Source: Felis catus (taxonomy: Eukaryota). From it: a stretch of 64,000 bases of DNA. The position numbers and the translations under genes are program-made. Location: positions 80,786,001 to 80,850,000 of the forward strand of contig NC_058368.1 in the NCBI RefSeq assembly GCF_018350175.1, written 5' to 3'. Positions 11,576 through 24,685 of the stretch are shown one piece after another (positions within the stretch are counted from its first letter, which is position 1; each line of letters begins with the position of its first letter). Below the pieces are notes generated by a model. The model was given only the letters and a program-made list of their open reading frames with translations. It made no database searches and was not told where the DNA came from.

Positions 11576-12399
11576 AGGATCACAGTACTGTGCAGCTGAC
11601 TAGGAAATTGGAAAGAAGTGACATAAGAGACTATAAGAACACCCAGCAATTAAATATAGGATGCAAAGTAGCCTTAGGATATCTCATAATTTTGGTAGGT
11701 TTGAGTTTGGATGCTTCGTTAATTCCTTATTGTTAAGGTAGTTTTGTTGCTGTGGTTGATTCTCTTGGATTTCTAACCCTATAATCATATTAATATCATA
11801 AAATAATATTTACCATGGTTATATTTTATTTCAGCACCAAGTATCACTGCACTGGATAAAAGAGTAGATTTCTGGGGTGAATAATCTGGGGAGTTTGCTG
11901 AGGAGATAGCCCATTTTAAGGAACATTTGATTACAATGCTGCATAAAATATTCCAGACCGTAGGATAAGGTAGAAAGCTCTCTGATTCCTGTTTTATCAG
12001 TTCTTTTATGCAGTCTAACTATTACTTTAAAAAATCTTTTATGTTGTCATCTTGTGTATATATATCTGCGATTATTTTGGTCTTTCAGTTTTTCTAAGCT
12101 GCCTCCCATAAATCCACATTTTTCTGATTAGAAGAATAAAACATTATATCTTGGTTCCCTGCCTGTATCAGATGCCCCCTTCCCCACTTACCACATCATA
12201 TGTCCTTTGGTTATACAACCTGTGGTTTGAGGCTGAGATTATTGCTGATTGATAACCCTATTAAACGTGGGCCAAGTGGTCCAGTTTCATAGAAGCTTGA
12301 GGTCAGAGAAAGACATCTCACCAATGAAAATTCATTAAAAAACAACCCAGATTCTTACTGATAACTTTCACATACCATGTTGAGGCTGTAGTTAACTCA

Positions 12400-12610
12400 C
12401 CTACAGGGAGAGAGACAGAGAGGAGAGGGGGAAAGGAGAGAGGTTTATTTTAAGGAATTGGCTCATGTGATTGTGGGTCTGGCAAGGCCCAGGTCTTAAG
12501 ACAGGCCAGCAGGCTGGAGACCCAGGCAGGATTGCTATGTTGCAGTCTTGAGAATTCCAGAAACCAAAGCTCATGTTGACTCCTGGACATTCCAAACTGT
12601 GGAGAATCAG
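12400..12610 (-). mobile_element. MLT2-family (ERVL) LTR fragment
   Basis: gagaggtttattttaaggaattggctcatgtgattgtggg...ggcaag...ggccagcaggctggagacccagg is the characteristic MLT2 segment; strand follows the remembered consensus. Confidence 0.8.
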
Positions 12611-13989
12611 AACCAGACTTTGAATTCATCATGGGATGGGGCCAGACCACCTAGTGTGCCTGAGGCATCTCGTGCTTCCGTGGCCGCCCTGAAGCTGGGG
12701 TTGAGTGTTTGCACTGAGTTGGTGGGAGTTAGACCCAGGAGCTGCCACCCTTAACGGTTTTATGCAGGAGCCTCTTTGTTAGAGAAGCTGAGACTGTCTT
12801 CGCACACCTCTGCTTGGTCTTTTATTCTGTTTTAATCTGGGAATAAGATCTGAAAGAGATGTGATGGCTCTCTACGGCCCAGAAGAACAAGTTTAATTTC
12901 TCTGTGTCTACTTAGCAGGCATGGGTAATACCCCAGTCATTTGTCTAGAGATGACAGAAGGCTGCTTTTGTGCATTCTGCCTCCATCCCAGACGTTAACT
13001 AACCCGTGTGCAAACAGAAAGAACTCTTCTATTGTTGAATCCGAAACAACAAAGGTTTCTGCCAGCAGCCACCCAGGGATAGATCCAGAAGTCGCTTGGA
13101 TTCTGTATTTTCTGGCATAAAAACCAGCATCACACACTCAGGCTTTGTTCTCTCTGGGCTTCAGTTCCAGAATGTTTTGTGTCTCAGCAATAATTGTGCA
13201 TTTGACAGCTGAGGAGCCGTTTGCCAATCTGTTCCTCCCTCTTTGATCTTTAAAACGTGCACTGGCTTCTCCAAGGGCCGGTACTTGACGTTGGTTGCCT
13301 TGTGCAGTGGCCGAGAACTGTAAGATTCTGACCGGGAAGGATTTGGGACTGGGTCTTCCCGGGGACGTGTTCTAGCACAGAATCTGAAAGGTCTCCTCTC
13401 TCACCTCCAGCCATGGGCCCTCCCCTCCCCCAGACGGTGCCGCCTGGGTTTTCCGGGGCAAATCTTTCTCCAGCTGCCACGAGCAAGGCAGGTGCTGGGT
13501 TTGGGAACAGAGGTCTGCAGGAGAACACCAGTGAGGCCCGCGGTTCAAGGCAGCGTGTCCAGCCTCATAGGTGCCCGCTCTCCTCTCCTCTCATTGTGGG
13601 CGCTGCTCTGGGTCCTGTGATCTAATCAGGCCTTTGTATGGTAGCCATGGCCTCCTTCTCAGCATGAGGATTGTGCTCCCATTTTGTCTCCCTCCGGTCC
13701 ATTGCTGAATCCTGGAGCTGTTTGAACAGAGGCTGGGCAGCCAATTGCCAGGTGAGCTGTGGGGAGGACAGAGTCTTCCTCTGATGGGAGGTTGGACAAG
13801 CTGGCTTCTTATACAATGCCGGTGCTGTGTGCTTGTTTCATCAAGCTGAAGTCGGGAGAGAGAAATGCAACGTGGGCAGAGCACCTGGCCCGGGACCTAG
13901 ACCGTGGCAGTGCCAGTACGGTAGGACTGTTCCTACCCTACTTCGTTCATGAGAGATAGCCCGGACATTCATCACGGACATGTAAGCCT

Positions 13990-14140
13990 CTGTCTTCCCT
14001 TCTATTGTTGTGGAGGCCTTTCTCTGATTTCCAGCTTCCGAATGATAAATTCCAAGAGGAAAGGGATTGTCCCTTATCTTGCGTCCCCCATAGTGTGCAG
14101 GGCAATGTTGGTTCTCAAGTGTGTATTGAACAAATGCGTC
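13990..14140 (+). mobile_element. LINE-2 3' end
   Basis: gaatgataaattccaagaggaaagggattgtcccttatctt...ctcaagtgtgtattgaacaaatg. Confidence 0.55.
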
Positions 14141-14979
14141 TTGAACACATAACTGGCAAATGGTTTTTAAGGGACGACCTCATACCATGCACTGCATGGG
14201 GCCCTGGGAATCCGGAGGTGAATCAGAACATTTCTGCCCCCGAGGAGCACGTAGTCAAGCCTGCCTTCATTTCCCCACTGTGCCGTACTGGGCCTCTTAG
14301 AAAGCTTCTTAGCAAAAGCATGGGCTGTGCCCAGGGACAAGGGCACGGGCGATGGTTTCAGACAGATTTGAATCCGGGCACTGCTGCCTGATGGCTGTAT
14401 GAATCCAGTAGTTTCCACCATGGAGGTCAGATGGGGCCGAAGCCCCACCTGGCTTGAATAGCAGGTGTCGCACTGGCAGCAGGTGGCCGGCACTCCACCT
14501 GTGGGAAGTCCAGCCCAAGACGTCATTCTCACAGCATCAACCCACAGCCTGACTTCCTTTAGCAAGCCCGCAGTGACAAAAATAATGTCTTTAACTTTGG
14601 GTTTAAAAGGAAAAGAAAACCCCGGATACGGAGGTGTTTTGTGTTTTGTTTCTTCCATCCAGGCATGCCATGGCAACTAACGCGGATGGGCATTTTTTTC
14701 CGGGTGTAAATGACACGCTGGCATTGTGTGCAAGTCCTGTGTTGACCACTTGGGGCCTGCATGGTGAGGGTTCCCTGGGAACCGTTCTCCCTTTGGCGAA
14801 CCGTGTTTGCAGTTCTGGAAAAACGATAGGTTAGGTCAAGCTGTCTGTGCAGCAGAGGCTGTGCGGTTTATGTTGAGATCAGATCCATGACCACAGCCCT
14901 GCTGGAAGCACTCCAGACCAAGGCCATCAGAAAAGCAAGATAGTCATGTTTTTCTGTTCCCCTCCGAGCTCCTTCCACC

Positions 14980-15850
14980 ACAGACTTGGAGCTGGGAAGG
15001 AGCTCCGTGAGGTGCCTCATCCCATAAGGCAGCTCTCCCCCTGACGCCCGCGAGGAAGGACTTGGGACACTGCTGGGGACAGGACACTCACTGTTCTGTG
15101 AGGAGGCCCGTCATGTTTCCAGAGGCTTCTTCCTTCTCCATCTCCACCTGTGGGCTTTTATGTTGGTCTCTGATCATCACAGACCAGTCTGATCTCATTT
15201 ATATGGACACACACATCTGAAACCACCACCAGGGTATCCTGAACCCCATTCCATGTTCAACACGTGGGGCTCCTTCCACTCCTGTTTGTATAATTCATCC
15301 AGATTGTTTCAAGAGTAACCTCCCTGCTGACGTCTCTCTCTTGTTCACGTCCCTCCCAAACTGTGAGGCGTGGCTGGGAGCCCTATTCCCAATGTGGCAT
15401 AGACCTCAACATAATTATTTTCACATGCTTTACTCTCTGATGTTTGGCTTGTGGTCAGCGAGACTTGTTAGGTCTGTTTGATAAGAAGATAATGGTCATA
15501 GGTAAGGTTACTTATGCTGAACTTACGGACTAGATTTTTGAACATGTTAGTATTTTACGTTTATTCCTGGTGAATTTCACCTTCTTTATTTTGGATCATC
15601 ACCCTCGTGTTACAAAAAGGATTTTGAATCATGGATTTTCGTGACTCCTGATACAGAATTTCATCTGCATCGTAATGGTAGGAAATCAAAACGTGTTGAA
15701 GCAGGTCTCCTGTGTCATGGCCAAGTCACTCATGGATGTGGGAAGATCCAGGCCACAGTGTCCTTCCTGACTGATCCCAGCCAGTATATTCTGTGTGTCA
15801 TCAAGTCTTTCAGACAGTTGTGGACGCACCGAACACTGTCACTCAGCCCA
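14980..15850 (-). mobile_element. Ancient L3/CR1-like LINE fragment
   Basis: ttggagctgggaagg start; tttattcctggtgaatttcacctt...ggattttgaatc...tttcatctgca resemble antisense L3. Very diverged. Confidence 0.4.
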
Positions 15851-16027
15851 TCGTTCTCTCTGGCATAGGTTTCTGGGGTGAACTGTCTTCCTGTTCCCTC
15901 CTCCTCGTGCCCTAAAGGAGGCGACAGCCCTGGTGGGCCTCTGCTTCCCTCCTGTTGTCTCTTGCATTTTCATCTATAACTCCATGTATTTGGATCAGGG
16001 GAAAATTTAGTTCCTACTTAGCAAAGT

Positions 16028-16618
16028 TTTTTTTTTTTTATAACTTTTTTTGAGGCTTGAGACAAAATAAACTACATATTTAAAGTGTGTAATTGGGGTG
16101 CCTGGGTGACTCAGTTGGTTAAGCATCTGACTTCAGCTCAGGTCATGATCTTGTGGTTCGTGAGTTCGAGCCCTGTGTCGGGCTCTGTGCTGATGGCTCA
16201 GNNNNNNNNNNNNNNNNNNNNNNNNNNNNNNNNNNNNNNNNNNNNNNNNNNNNNNNNNNNNNNNNNNNNNNNNNNNNNNNNNNNNNNNNNNNNNNNNNNN
16301 NNNNNNNNNNNNNNNNNNNNNNNNNNNNNNNCTTTGGCTCTCTCTCTCTCTCTCAAAAATAAACATAAAAAACAAAGTGTATAATTAGTAATTAACATAT
16401 AATTAACATATGTGTAAAAGTGGGAGACCATTACCCAGGAAGAAAAGAATTAACATATTCATCACCCCCAAAAGTTTCCTGTTGCCCTTTGTAACCTCCT
16501 CCCACTGCCCAGCCCTGCTAATACTCAGTCACTACAGATTAGCTTATGTTTTCTAGAGGTTTATGTAAGAAGGAAAAATATAGTATATGTTCCTTGTGGC
16601 CTGGCTTCTTTCACTTAG
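16028..16618 (-). mobile_element. Old L1M 3' end, interrupted by a SINE
   Basis: aacatattcatcacccccaaaagtttcctgttgccctttgtaa...ttttctagag...cctggcttctttcacttag. Confidence 0.75.
16095..16374 (+). mobile_element. Can-SINE (SINEC_Fc-type) spanning an N gap
   Basis: ggggtgcctgggtgactcagttggttaagc head; TSD aaagtgtgtaatt / aaagtgtataatt. Confidence 0.93.
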
Positions 16619-17495
16619 ATTCCAGTCAATAAAAACAGCTACTAGAACTAATCCATGAGTTCAGCAAGGTTGTGGGATACAGGACCAATATGGAAAAATA
16701 TATTGAATTTCCATATTCTAGAAAGTAACACACAGAATTTGAAAAAAAAATTTCCAAAAGCATTGAAATAATATGAACTATTTAGGGATAAATCTGACAA
16801 AAGATGTGCAAGCCTTGTTTACTGAAAACTATAATTGCTGAGACAAAGATCTGAGTAATATGAAAATATGTTCAGAAGATTAAAATGCCAGTTCTCCCCA
16901 AATTGATCTGAAGATTCAATATACCAATCAAAACTTGAGCATACTTTTTTGGATGGAAATTTTATTAGGAATTGACAAGGAGAGCCTGAAAATTATATGG
17001 AAATGAGAGGGACCTAGAATATCTAAAACAACTTTGAGAAAGAGGAACAAAGTTGGAGGACTGAGACTATGTGATTTCAAGACTAATTCTAAAGCTGCAT
17101 TGATGAAGACGGTGATTTTGGTGTCCAGGAGACGACCCGACAGCATCGCATGGAAATAGACCCACACATATGTGGGTAAATGGTTTTCGACAGAGGTGCA
17201 AAGGCAATGGAGTAGAGGAAGGATAGATTTGAAGAACTGATGCTGGAAAAATTGGATGTCCATATGCAGAAAGGGAACTCTAATCCCAACCTCATTCCCC
17301 AAACATGAACTCAGAGTAGATTATATGTCCAAATATAAAACCCTAAATTATAAAACTACGAAAAGCAGACGTAAGATTAAAAGCCTCATGATCTTCAGTT
17401 AGGCCAAGATTTCTTAGGTATGTCATCAAAAGCACAGTTATAAAGGAAAGAATTGATAAGCTGGGCTTTATTGATATTAAGAACTTCTGTTTTTC

Positions 17496-17721
17496 GGGGC
17501 ACCTGGGTCGCTCAGTCGGTTGAGCGTCTGACTCTGGCTCAGGTCGTGATCTCGTGGTCTGTGAGTTCGAGCCCCGCATCGGGCTCTGTGCTGACAGCTC
17601 AGAGCCTGGAGCCTGTTTCGGATTCTGTGTCTCCCTCTCTCTCTGACCCTCCCCTGTGCATGCTCTGTCTCTCTCTGTCTCAAAAAAATAAATAAACGTT
17701 AAAAAAATTAAAAAAAGAAAA
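17496..17721 (+). mobile_element. SINEC_Fc, young
   Basis: Full length; perfect 17-bp TSD aagaacttctgtttttc at 17479-17495 and 17722-17738. Confidence 0.97.
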
Positions 17722-17835
17722 AAGAACTTCTGTTTTTCAGAAGATGCCTTTTAGGAAATAAAAAGTTAAACCACAGCCTGGGAGGAAAACAAATATCTGA
17801 TAAAGAGCTCCCATCTAAAACGTGAAAAGAACTCT

Positions 17836-18057
17836 TTAAAAAAAAAAATTTAAAAATGTTTATTTATTTTTGAGAGACAGAGGCAGGGAATGAGCAAGGG
17901 AAGGAACAGAGAGAGAGGGAGAGACAGAATCCGAAGCAGGCTTCAGGCTCTGAGATGTCAGCACAGAGCCTGACACGGGGCTCGAACCCACCAACCGAGA
18001 GATCATGACCCGAGCCAAAGTCAGTTACCCAACCAACTGAGCCATGCAGGCACCCCT
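17836..18057 (-). mobile_element. Can-SINE (SINEC_Fc-type)
   Basis: Antisense full-length copy; imperfect TSD aaaacgtgaaaagaactct / aaaatatggaaagaactct. Confidence 0.95.
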
Positions 18058-18629
18058 GAAAATATGGAAAGAACTCTTAAAGAAGATGTGAATGTGGAAA
18101 ACGGCTGGTAGTTTCCCAAAAGGTTAAACATGCACGCACCATGTGGACTAGCCATTCCACTTACTGGTATTTATAGAAAGAATCGTATGTCAGAAAACTT
18201 AGACATGAATGTTCAGAGCAGTTGTGCTAACCGGGACTGGAAACAACACAAATGTCCCTCAGCAGGTGGCTGGCTGAACAAATTGCTGTCTGTCTACGCG
18301 ATGGAGCACTGATCGGCAGTGACCGGAGGAGATGCCAGTACACACAACTGGCTGGATCACAAAATCATCACACTGAGTGGAAAAAGCCGGGTGAAAAGGA
18401 CATCTTTTATGATATCGTTCGTGGGAAATTCTGGAAAATGGAAGCCCCTCCACCATGACAGAGCCGAGCCGTGGTTGCCCTGGGCCAGGGTAGGTGGGGA
18501 AGGGTTATGAAGGGGCTTCTGATTGTGGTGATGGCTTTACGGGTGTATATTTATGTCAAAACGCCCCAAATTGCCACTTTAAATACGCACAGTTCATTGT
18601 ATGTCAGTTATACTTCAATAAGCATATCA

Positions 18630-18851
18630 GGGGCGCCTGGGTGGCGCAGTCGGTTAAGCATCCGACTTCAGCCAGGTCACGATCTTGCGGTCCGGGAGTT
18701 CGAGCCCCGCGTTGGGCTCTGGGCTGATGGCTCAGAGCCTGGAGCCTGTTTCCGATTCTGTGTCTCCCTCTCTCTCTGCCCCTCCCCCGTTCATGCTCTG
18801 TCTCTCTCTGTCCCAAAAATAAATAAACGTTGAAAAAAAAATTAAAAAAAA
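18630..18851 (+). mobile_element. SINEC_Fc, very young felid subfamily
   Basis: CpG-rich; gacttcagccaggtcacgatc variant; perfect 13-bp TSD aataagcatatca at 18617-18629 and 18852-18864. Confidence 0.97.
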
Positions 18852-20489
18852 AATAAGCATATCATTCGCCCTCCAAAACCCAACTCTGTGGAGTGAAATA
18901 CCTTTAGGCAGAACCTAAGTGAGGCTGCACATTTTGCACATTTAGCAGTGCCCGATTCAGTCATGTGCCCTCAGTGAATGTTCCCTCCGCTTTCCTGCCC
19001 TGCATGCCACGGAAATGCGAATTACTGTACCACCAGCTACAGCACCCACTGGAGGCTGCCTCTGTCTGGATCATAGAAGGCAGATCTTTGCAGAAAAACA
19101 CTAATGGTTTGCAGACAGGGAGGTAATATTGACGTGTAGGGTATTTACCAGGGCCTACTCCACAGCAAAGGGGCAGGAATGGCCACCTGCCTGTTGACCG
19201 GCCTCTCTGCTTCTGCTGTCAGGGGAGCTTGCCCTCTGCCTTCCCAGTGGCCCTGGGCTCACCTGCATGTAGTGCTCTGGTCGCTGTCTCCTTGTTGGTT
19301 GTCCCTAGGCAGTGCGACTTTGAAGGACGCACCCATTTCCCCTCTGATTTCCACAGTACCTTCCATTGGCAGCGCCTGCTGAGTGAGCTGTGCTGAGGAG
19401 GCTCCGGGAAGAGAGGCATCAGTAGTCCTCTTAACTTCCTCTTCACGGGGTGACGTGGGATGTGAGACACAGCGTGCGTGGGCCTGTTATGTGGTACCTG
19501 TACTGGGAGACCTGCCAGTTGTGACTGTGCCCTGGGCCAAGGCCCCCCCCCCCCATGCATTTCGGTCCCCAGCATTTGTCCACAGGTGCTCCTGCTGAGC
19601 GACGTCTGCAGTTCGGCCTCATGGGGGCAGCCCTCCCCCCTCCCCCTTGGGGGGCCAGTTTCACCTGAGACAGTGACCAAAGCCGGGGCACAGGGCACCT
19701 CTTGTGGTGGGTTCCCCACCTCCCTGTTGGAGTCGCACAAATGTAATTACGTCACTAAAAACCTGGGTACGTTTGCAAAAACCCCAGCAATCTCAGTATT
19801 TATACCTCCATCTGCTAACCATGCCTTGCTCCCAATAAGGTGCATGCATTTGGAAGTTGTAGTATTGCGTGATCTTTACAGATCAAAACGTTAGTGTCTT
19901 TCTGCAGATACCCGCCCTACCATAATCTGTGCAGGAGACAGTTCGAGTAGGTGATCTAGCTGGTTGTATGCTAACCTGAATTTTTATGCTCGTGTGTGCC
20001 ATCGTTTCATCCCATCAGCGTAGGGCTGAGGTGTGGTTGTCGGATGGTGGGGCTGGGTATCTGAGAAGCTCATGAATGAAACATCAGCAGTTTAAAGCTT
20101 GGTTGATGTCCCAAGATTGTCTACCCTCAATGGACCCGGTTTCATAGGGGCAGAAAGGACTCTCATTTGTCTTCCCAGAAAACACAGTGAATAACTTCCA
20201 GGAAGCTCGTGACTGCTAACTGTGCCCCTGGATGCACTTCCCTTACCAGCCAGGGGCATGGTGCATGAGAGTCGATTCAGGGCTGATGTATGGGGTTACT
20301 TCTGTCGTGAGAGTTCGTGACCCTTCAGTGACTGTTGACAACACAGAGTTCCAGAAAAATACTTGTTAGATCTGCTGTCCTTATTTTCTTTGAAGAAACA
20401 CCTACAAAGAAACTACAGAGACCCTGGCCTGGTATCCTTGGGGCTATTTATATGCAGTAAACACAGCAGTTTAACAGAGTCCAGTCAAG

Positions 20490-20720
20490 AACCCTTCCAA
20501 TATTAATGGAATCTCATGCTAATTACATTGTCATCTGTTGGGTTAATGGCTCCTAAATAGTGCTTTAGGTCGCCACTCTTTCTGACCATCTGATGCAGAA
20601 AACGTCCATGCAGTGAGTGCCGGTTAGGTGGGGTGCTGTTCTTTTGTAGGGAATTTCTTGGATCTACATATGCACAGTAAGATCTTGGATTTTCTTCCAT
20701 TTCATACTGTGGGTGGATCT
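20490..20720. promoter_or_regulatory. Candidate conserved non-coding element
   Basis: Repeat-free; ccaatattaatgg, gctaattac, ttgtca and gttaatgg fall within about 60 bp. Confidence 0.33.
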
Positions 20721-20989
20721 CAAAGGTCTGCGGTCCGCTGGTAATTGCTGGGGTTCCTCGATGCTCTGTGGTTCAGGAGAGGCTCTGTCCAGCGCGGGGA
20801 ATGCATCCTGGGCCGCTGATGTTGAGGCATGTGGCAGTCCCAGCAGTGTCATTCACCAGCATGTGACCTGGGATATGTTATCCATGCCTTCTTATTCTGT
20901 GCTGTATTTCAAAGGCTTGGGCATCCGAGGCTCCACTGAGTGGGGAGGGATGGCCCCTTCTGGGGTTAGCGAACTCCTAGAGACAGCAA

Positions 20990-21375
20990 ACAACTCCCCT
21001 CTGAGCATGCCTTTCAAATACAGACGGACAAATCCAAAGCCCACACCCCAGCCCCTCCTCCGTGTGGCTCTTATGCTCCCGTTTTCCCTGCCCTAATCCC
21101 CCAGAACACCTAGGAGCCCCTTTCCCCCAGAGCTCACTAGGGTTATTCACACTGTCTGGTCCTCAGCCTGCTCATCCTGCCTCACACATTCCTTCTGCGG
21201 AAACCTCGGTAAAGGCTCTTGGCCGTGTTTCCCCCTTTCCCTCTGCCTCCTGACCAGCCCTGTGCCTCCTGGGGTGGCCCTGCAGGCGTGAGCGTGATAA
21301 ACTTCTTCCTTCGTGACCATCACTGCCACGTCTGCTTGTCTTACCACACCCGATGGAGACAAATCCCGGGTCCCC
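20990..21375 (+). mobile_element. MER73/MER74-like ERVL solo LTR
   Basis: cctgcctcacacattccttctgcggaaacc...taaaggctcttg...ctctgcctcctgacc...gtggccctgc...gtcttaccacacccgat...aaatcccgggt. Confidence 0.7.
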
Positions 21376-23779
21376 GAACGGCCTGGGGTAAGTGTGCTGA
21401 CTGTCCCCATGTCAGGTTCCTGGTGTGTGAGGTGGGGTGGTGCTGGTGAGGCCTCGCGAGTTCTGAGAGTGTTAGGTGAGCGGTGCACCAGGAACCCCCG
21501 CCTGAGTGTGTATTCTCCTGGGGGAGCAGCATGGAGACACTGAGGGCTGCGTCTGGACATAGCGTGCTCCTGCCCCTTTGTCTACAAATCTGGGTACAAA
21601 GAGGGTTTTAAATATACCTAGCGCACCGCTGTAGCACTCTGCCAGGACGCTGGAGTCTTGCTTACCAGGATCAGGGCAGTGCAAAGAGTGAAATCCCCTG
21701 GGTCACACTTCACAGTGGCCTCTCCCACCACCCTCCCTGCAAATCCCGCCTGCCACTCGGAGGAGTGGACGGCCCGGCTCCCTGCTGCAGGCTGGGCACA
21801 GTGATAGTCACCGTGATGGATGCTACTTACGTAATAGCTTAAGTTACCCACTGTAAATACTACTCCCAGTACTGACAGATGCTGCGTGTATAGGTGATGT
21901 CATACTATTCCACAGACCTGGCATGGGCAACTAGGATTTTCAAATGTTGTGATTTCTTTGGGAAAAAAATGCTTACATTTATGTATGAGGTGATAGACAA
22001 AGAGTTACAGGGAACAATGAAAAAAAATACCTGGTGTTCACTGTTTTTCTCTGTGTATTCCTTGGTAAGATAACTCAGGAATGCTTTAGGGGGAAAAGAG
22101 GAAACAGGGAGTGTGTGTGATGGGGAGGGAAAGAGGAAGACATATTAATGATTGATAGAGGTTAACTTAAGAAATGCAGCTCTGTAGTACAGATGAAAAT
22201 GAGCCGCCTACCACATTGGCCATGCCGATCGCTTTAAATTTAGCCCCCAGACCTTCCCGCCTCTTGGGGCCCTTCTGCTGAGTGAGCTGGGGTGGGACAG
22301 AGGGAGGGAGGCTTCTGCCACAGTACGTTTGGTTTTCTTAGCTGTGCTTAGCTAGAAAATCATTTGAAATAATACGTTTCCCTTTGTCAGGCAGACAGAA
22401 CAACTGTCTGCACCACAGTACTGAGGGAGACTCTGACACCCAGGTCTGCGAGCAGGGTCTGGCAGGGTCTGACTTCCAGGTCTGGCATTCAGGGTCTGTG
22501 TGCAGGTGGCCGCGTAGGCAGCTGGCGAGGAGGGTCGGAGCACTCAGGACAAAATGCACCCCTGGATGTGTTTTCTCCTGAAAGCTGTTTGGAGGTGGCT
22601 GGCTGGCTGATTGGGAATCTGTGAGGGTCACTGCCACCTAGTGACGAGATGCTGGAAGGCGTCACCGGTGGCCGACTATGAGTGTGCCCTTGTGCTCATT
22701 CTCAGACTTTTGTGTCCTCCCCAGACAAGACTGAAGTGCAAAGCCCTCTGCCATATTCCATTTTGTGCCCTTTGCTTCACAGCACAAGTGAGGAGTTAGG
22801 ACACTTGTCACCCTGTTAGGAATATGTGTTTCTGTGGGACACTGGCGAGTTTCCTCCACACATAACTTTTCTTGCCTTTTTAGACAGGAATATACGCACA
22901 CCTTTGAACACAAATAAAGTTGGGAGTACATCGGAAGATGCGTGGGCATGTGAGTGTCAAGGTCACGGGGAAAGGTGACACTCTGGCAGACTCCTGGGAG
23001 AGGCTGGTGCCGGCCTGTCCACCCTGCCTGTGGGCCTGGAGGGTGGCACTGAGGCGGGAAGAGGGATGCAGGCACAGCCCATGTCATCCTTGGGGGGTTT
23101 AGGGCGCCCGGGGGAAGAAGGTCAGGGGAACAGAACGAACGTGTGTGGCACAGAGCCCACACGTCCCTGAGCGTAGGGCATGAGTTCTCAGGGACGGGGG
23201 TGGCGGGTGTCTCTGGGCCCGATTCCTCTCGCCCCTGTCACCTCCATGGGCCCCGCAAGGCCCTCCAGTGGTGGGGAGACGGGCAGGTGAGCGGGCAGCG
23301 CTTCTGGGCCAGGAGGCTCAGGCTGAGCAAGGTTGGTGGGAGGCCGGGACTGTGCGTGTGGCCGTGCGTGTGGCCGTGCGGCACAGGCTGGCTCTCTCCC
23401 GGCTGCTGTTGGGAAAGCACAGTGATACCTGAACACGCTCTGCCTCAGTTCAGCGGTCGACTGTGCCATCCTTGTTTTCTCTCCGTTCTGTGTGTCTCTA
23501 TCTCTCTGTTCAATCACTTGTCATCTTTTGTCTGTCCATCTGTTACCTGTTGTCTATCTGCCTAACATCTGTCTGTCTGTTTACCCACCTGATACTAATT
23601 TCAGGCCTTCTGACCATTCGTCTGTACCTGCTTTAGCATCTCCTAATGAGGTCATTCTCCACATAACCCCAGTCCCATGATCACTCTTAAGAAAATGACT
23701 AATAATTTCTAATACCGTCTAAGAACGTGGGTTGCAGTTTTCAGTACCTTCACTTGAGACTGTTTTTCTATCTCCACGT

Positions 23780-24490
23780 GTATCTGCCCCAGAGACCCCC
23801 TCACGCCCAGTAGGGGGCCACCATAAAAATCCCGAGGATCCCAAGCACTGGCAGGGGTGTGGAGAACTTGGAACCCTGTGCACTGTTAGTGGAAATACAA
23901 AGTGGTGCAGCCACTGTCCCAAACAATATGGTTTCCTCGAAAAAGTAAAACTACCACATAATCCAGCAATTCCACGTCTGGGTGTAGATCCCGAAGAATA
24001 GGAATCTATCTCCATGTGAGCCCCGTGTTCCCATGTCACGGCCCGCTTCACAATCGCCAAGGTGTGAAAACAGCGCAGTGCCCATTGATGGGATTAAGAA
24101 AATGTGGTCATGCATGTAAGGGGACGCTACTCCTCCTTTCAGAGGAAGGCGGTTCCGACGTAGGCTCCAGCAGGGACGGACCTTGAGGGCGTTCTGCTGG
24201 GTGAAATAAGCCAGTCACAGGAGGACAGATCCTGAATGATTCCACTTGCATGAGGTCCTGAGAGTAGTCTGTGGTCACAGAGATGGAAAGCAGAACGGTG
24301 GGTGCTGTGGGGCAGGGGCTGGGGGGTTGTTTGACTCGGCATAGAATGTGGTTTTGCAAGATGGAAAAGTTTTACGATGGGAATGTAATTAGCACTGCGG
24401 CACTGGGTACTTAGAAATGGTTAAGATGGTAAATTTTATGTTACGTGTATTTTTTATTTTTAGTTTTTTCTCCCACAATTAAAAAGAAAA
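23780..24490 (+). mobile_element. L1MB-type 3' end
   Basis: ggagaacttggaaccctgtgcactgttagtgg...atccagcaattccac...cttagaaatggttaagatggtaaattttatgttacgtgtattt...cacaattaaaaa. Confidence 0.9.
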
Positions 24491-24539
24491 CCCACGTTGG
24501 GATCTGGAGGCCTACTTGTCTTGTACACTAAAGCTGCCT

Positions 24540-24685
24540 CTTATATCTGTGGAAGTTCACATGCCTGGCCTCAGTTTTCTTATCTATAAAATGAGCATAA
24601 AAGGCTCTGTGCTGTGCACACAGGGCCACTGGCGTGGACTGAATAATAATGTGAGAGAATGTTCTCTCTGCTTGGAGCCACGTAC
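24540..24685 (+). mobile_element. MIR core
   Basis: ggcctcagttttcttatctataaaatgag. Confidence 0.7.

Larger units (their letters stand above)
16620..18625 (+). mobile_element. Old L1 (L1MC/ME-like) ORF2 3' part and 3'UTR, carrying SINE insertions
   Basis: ctagaactaatccatgagttcagcaaggttg, gttctccccaaattgatct, aacaaagttggaggact, ttcgacagaggtgcaaagg; 3' end ttgtatgtcagttatacttcaataa. Confidence 0.88.
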
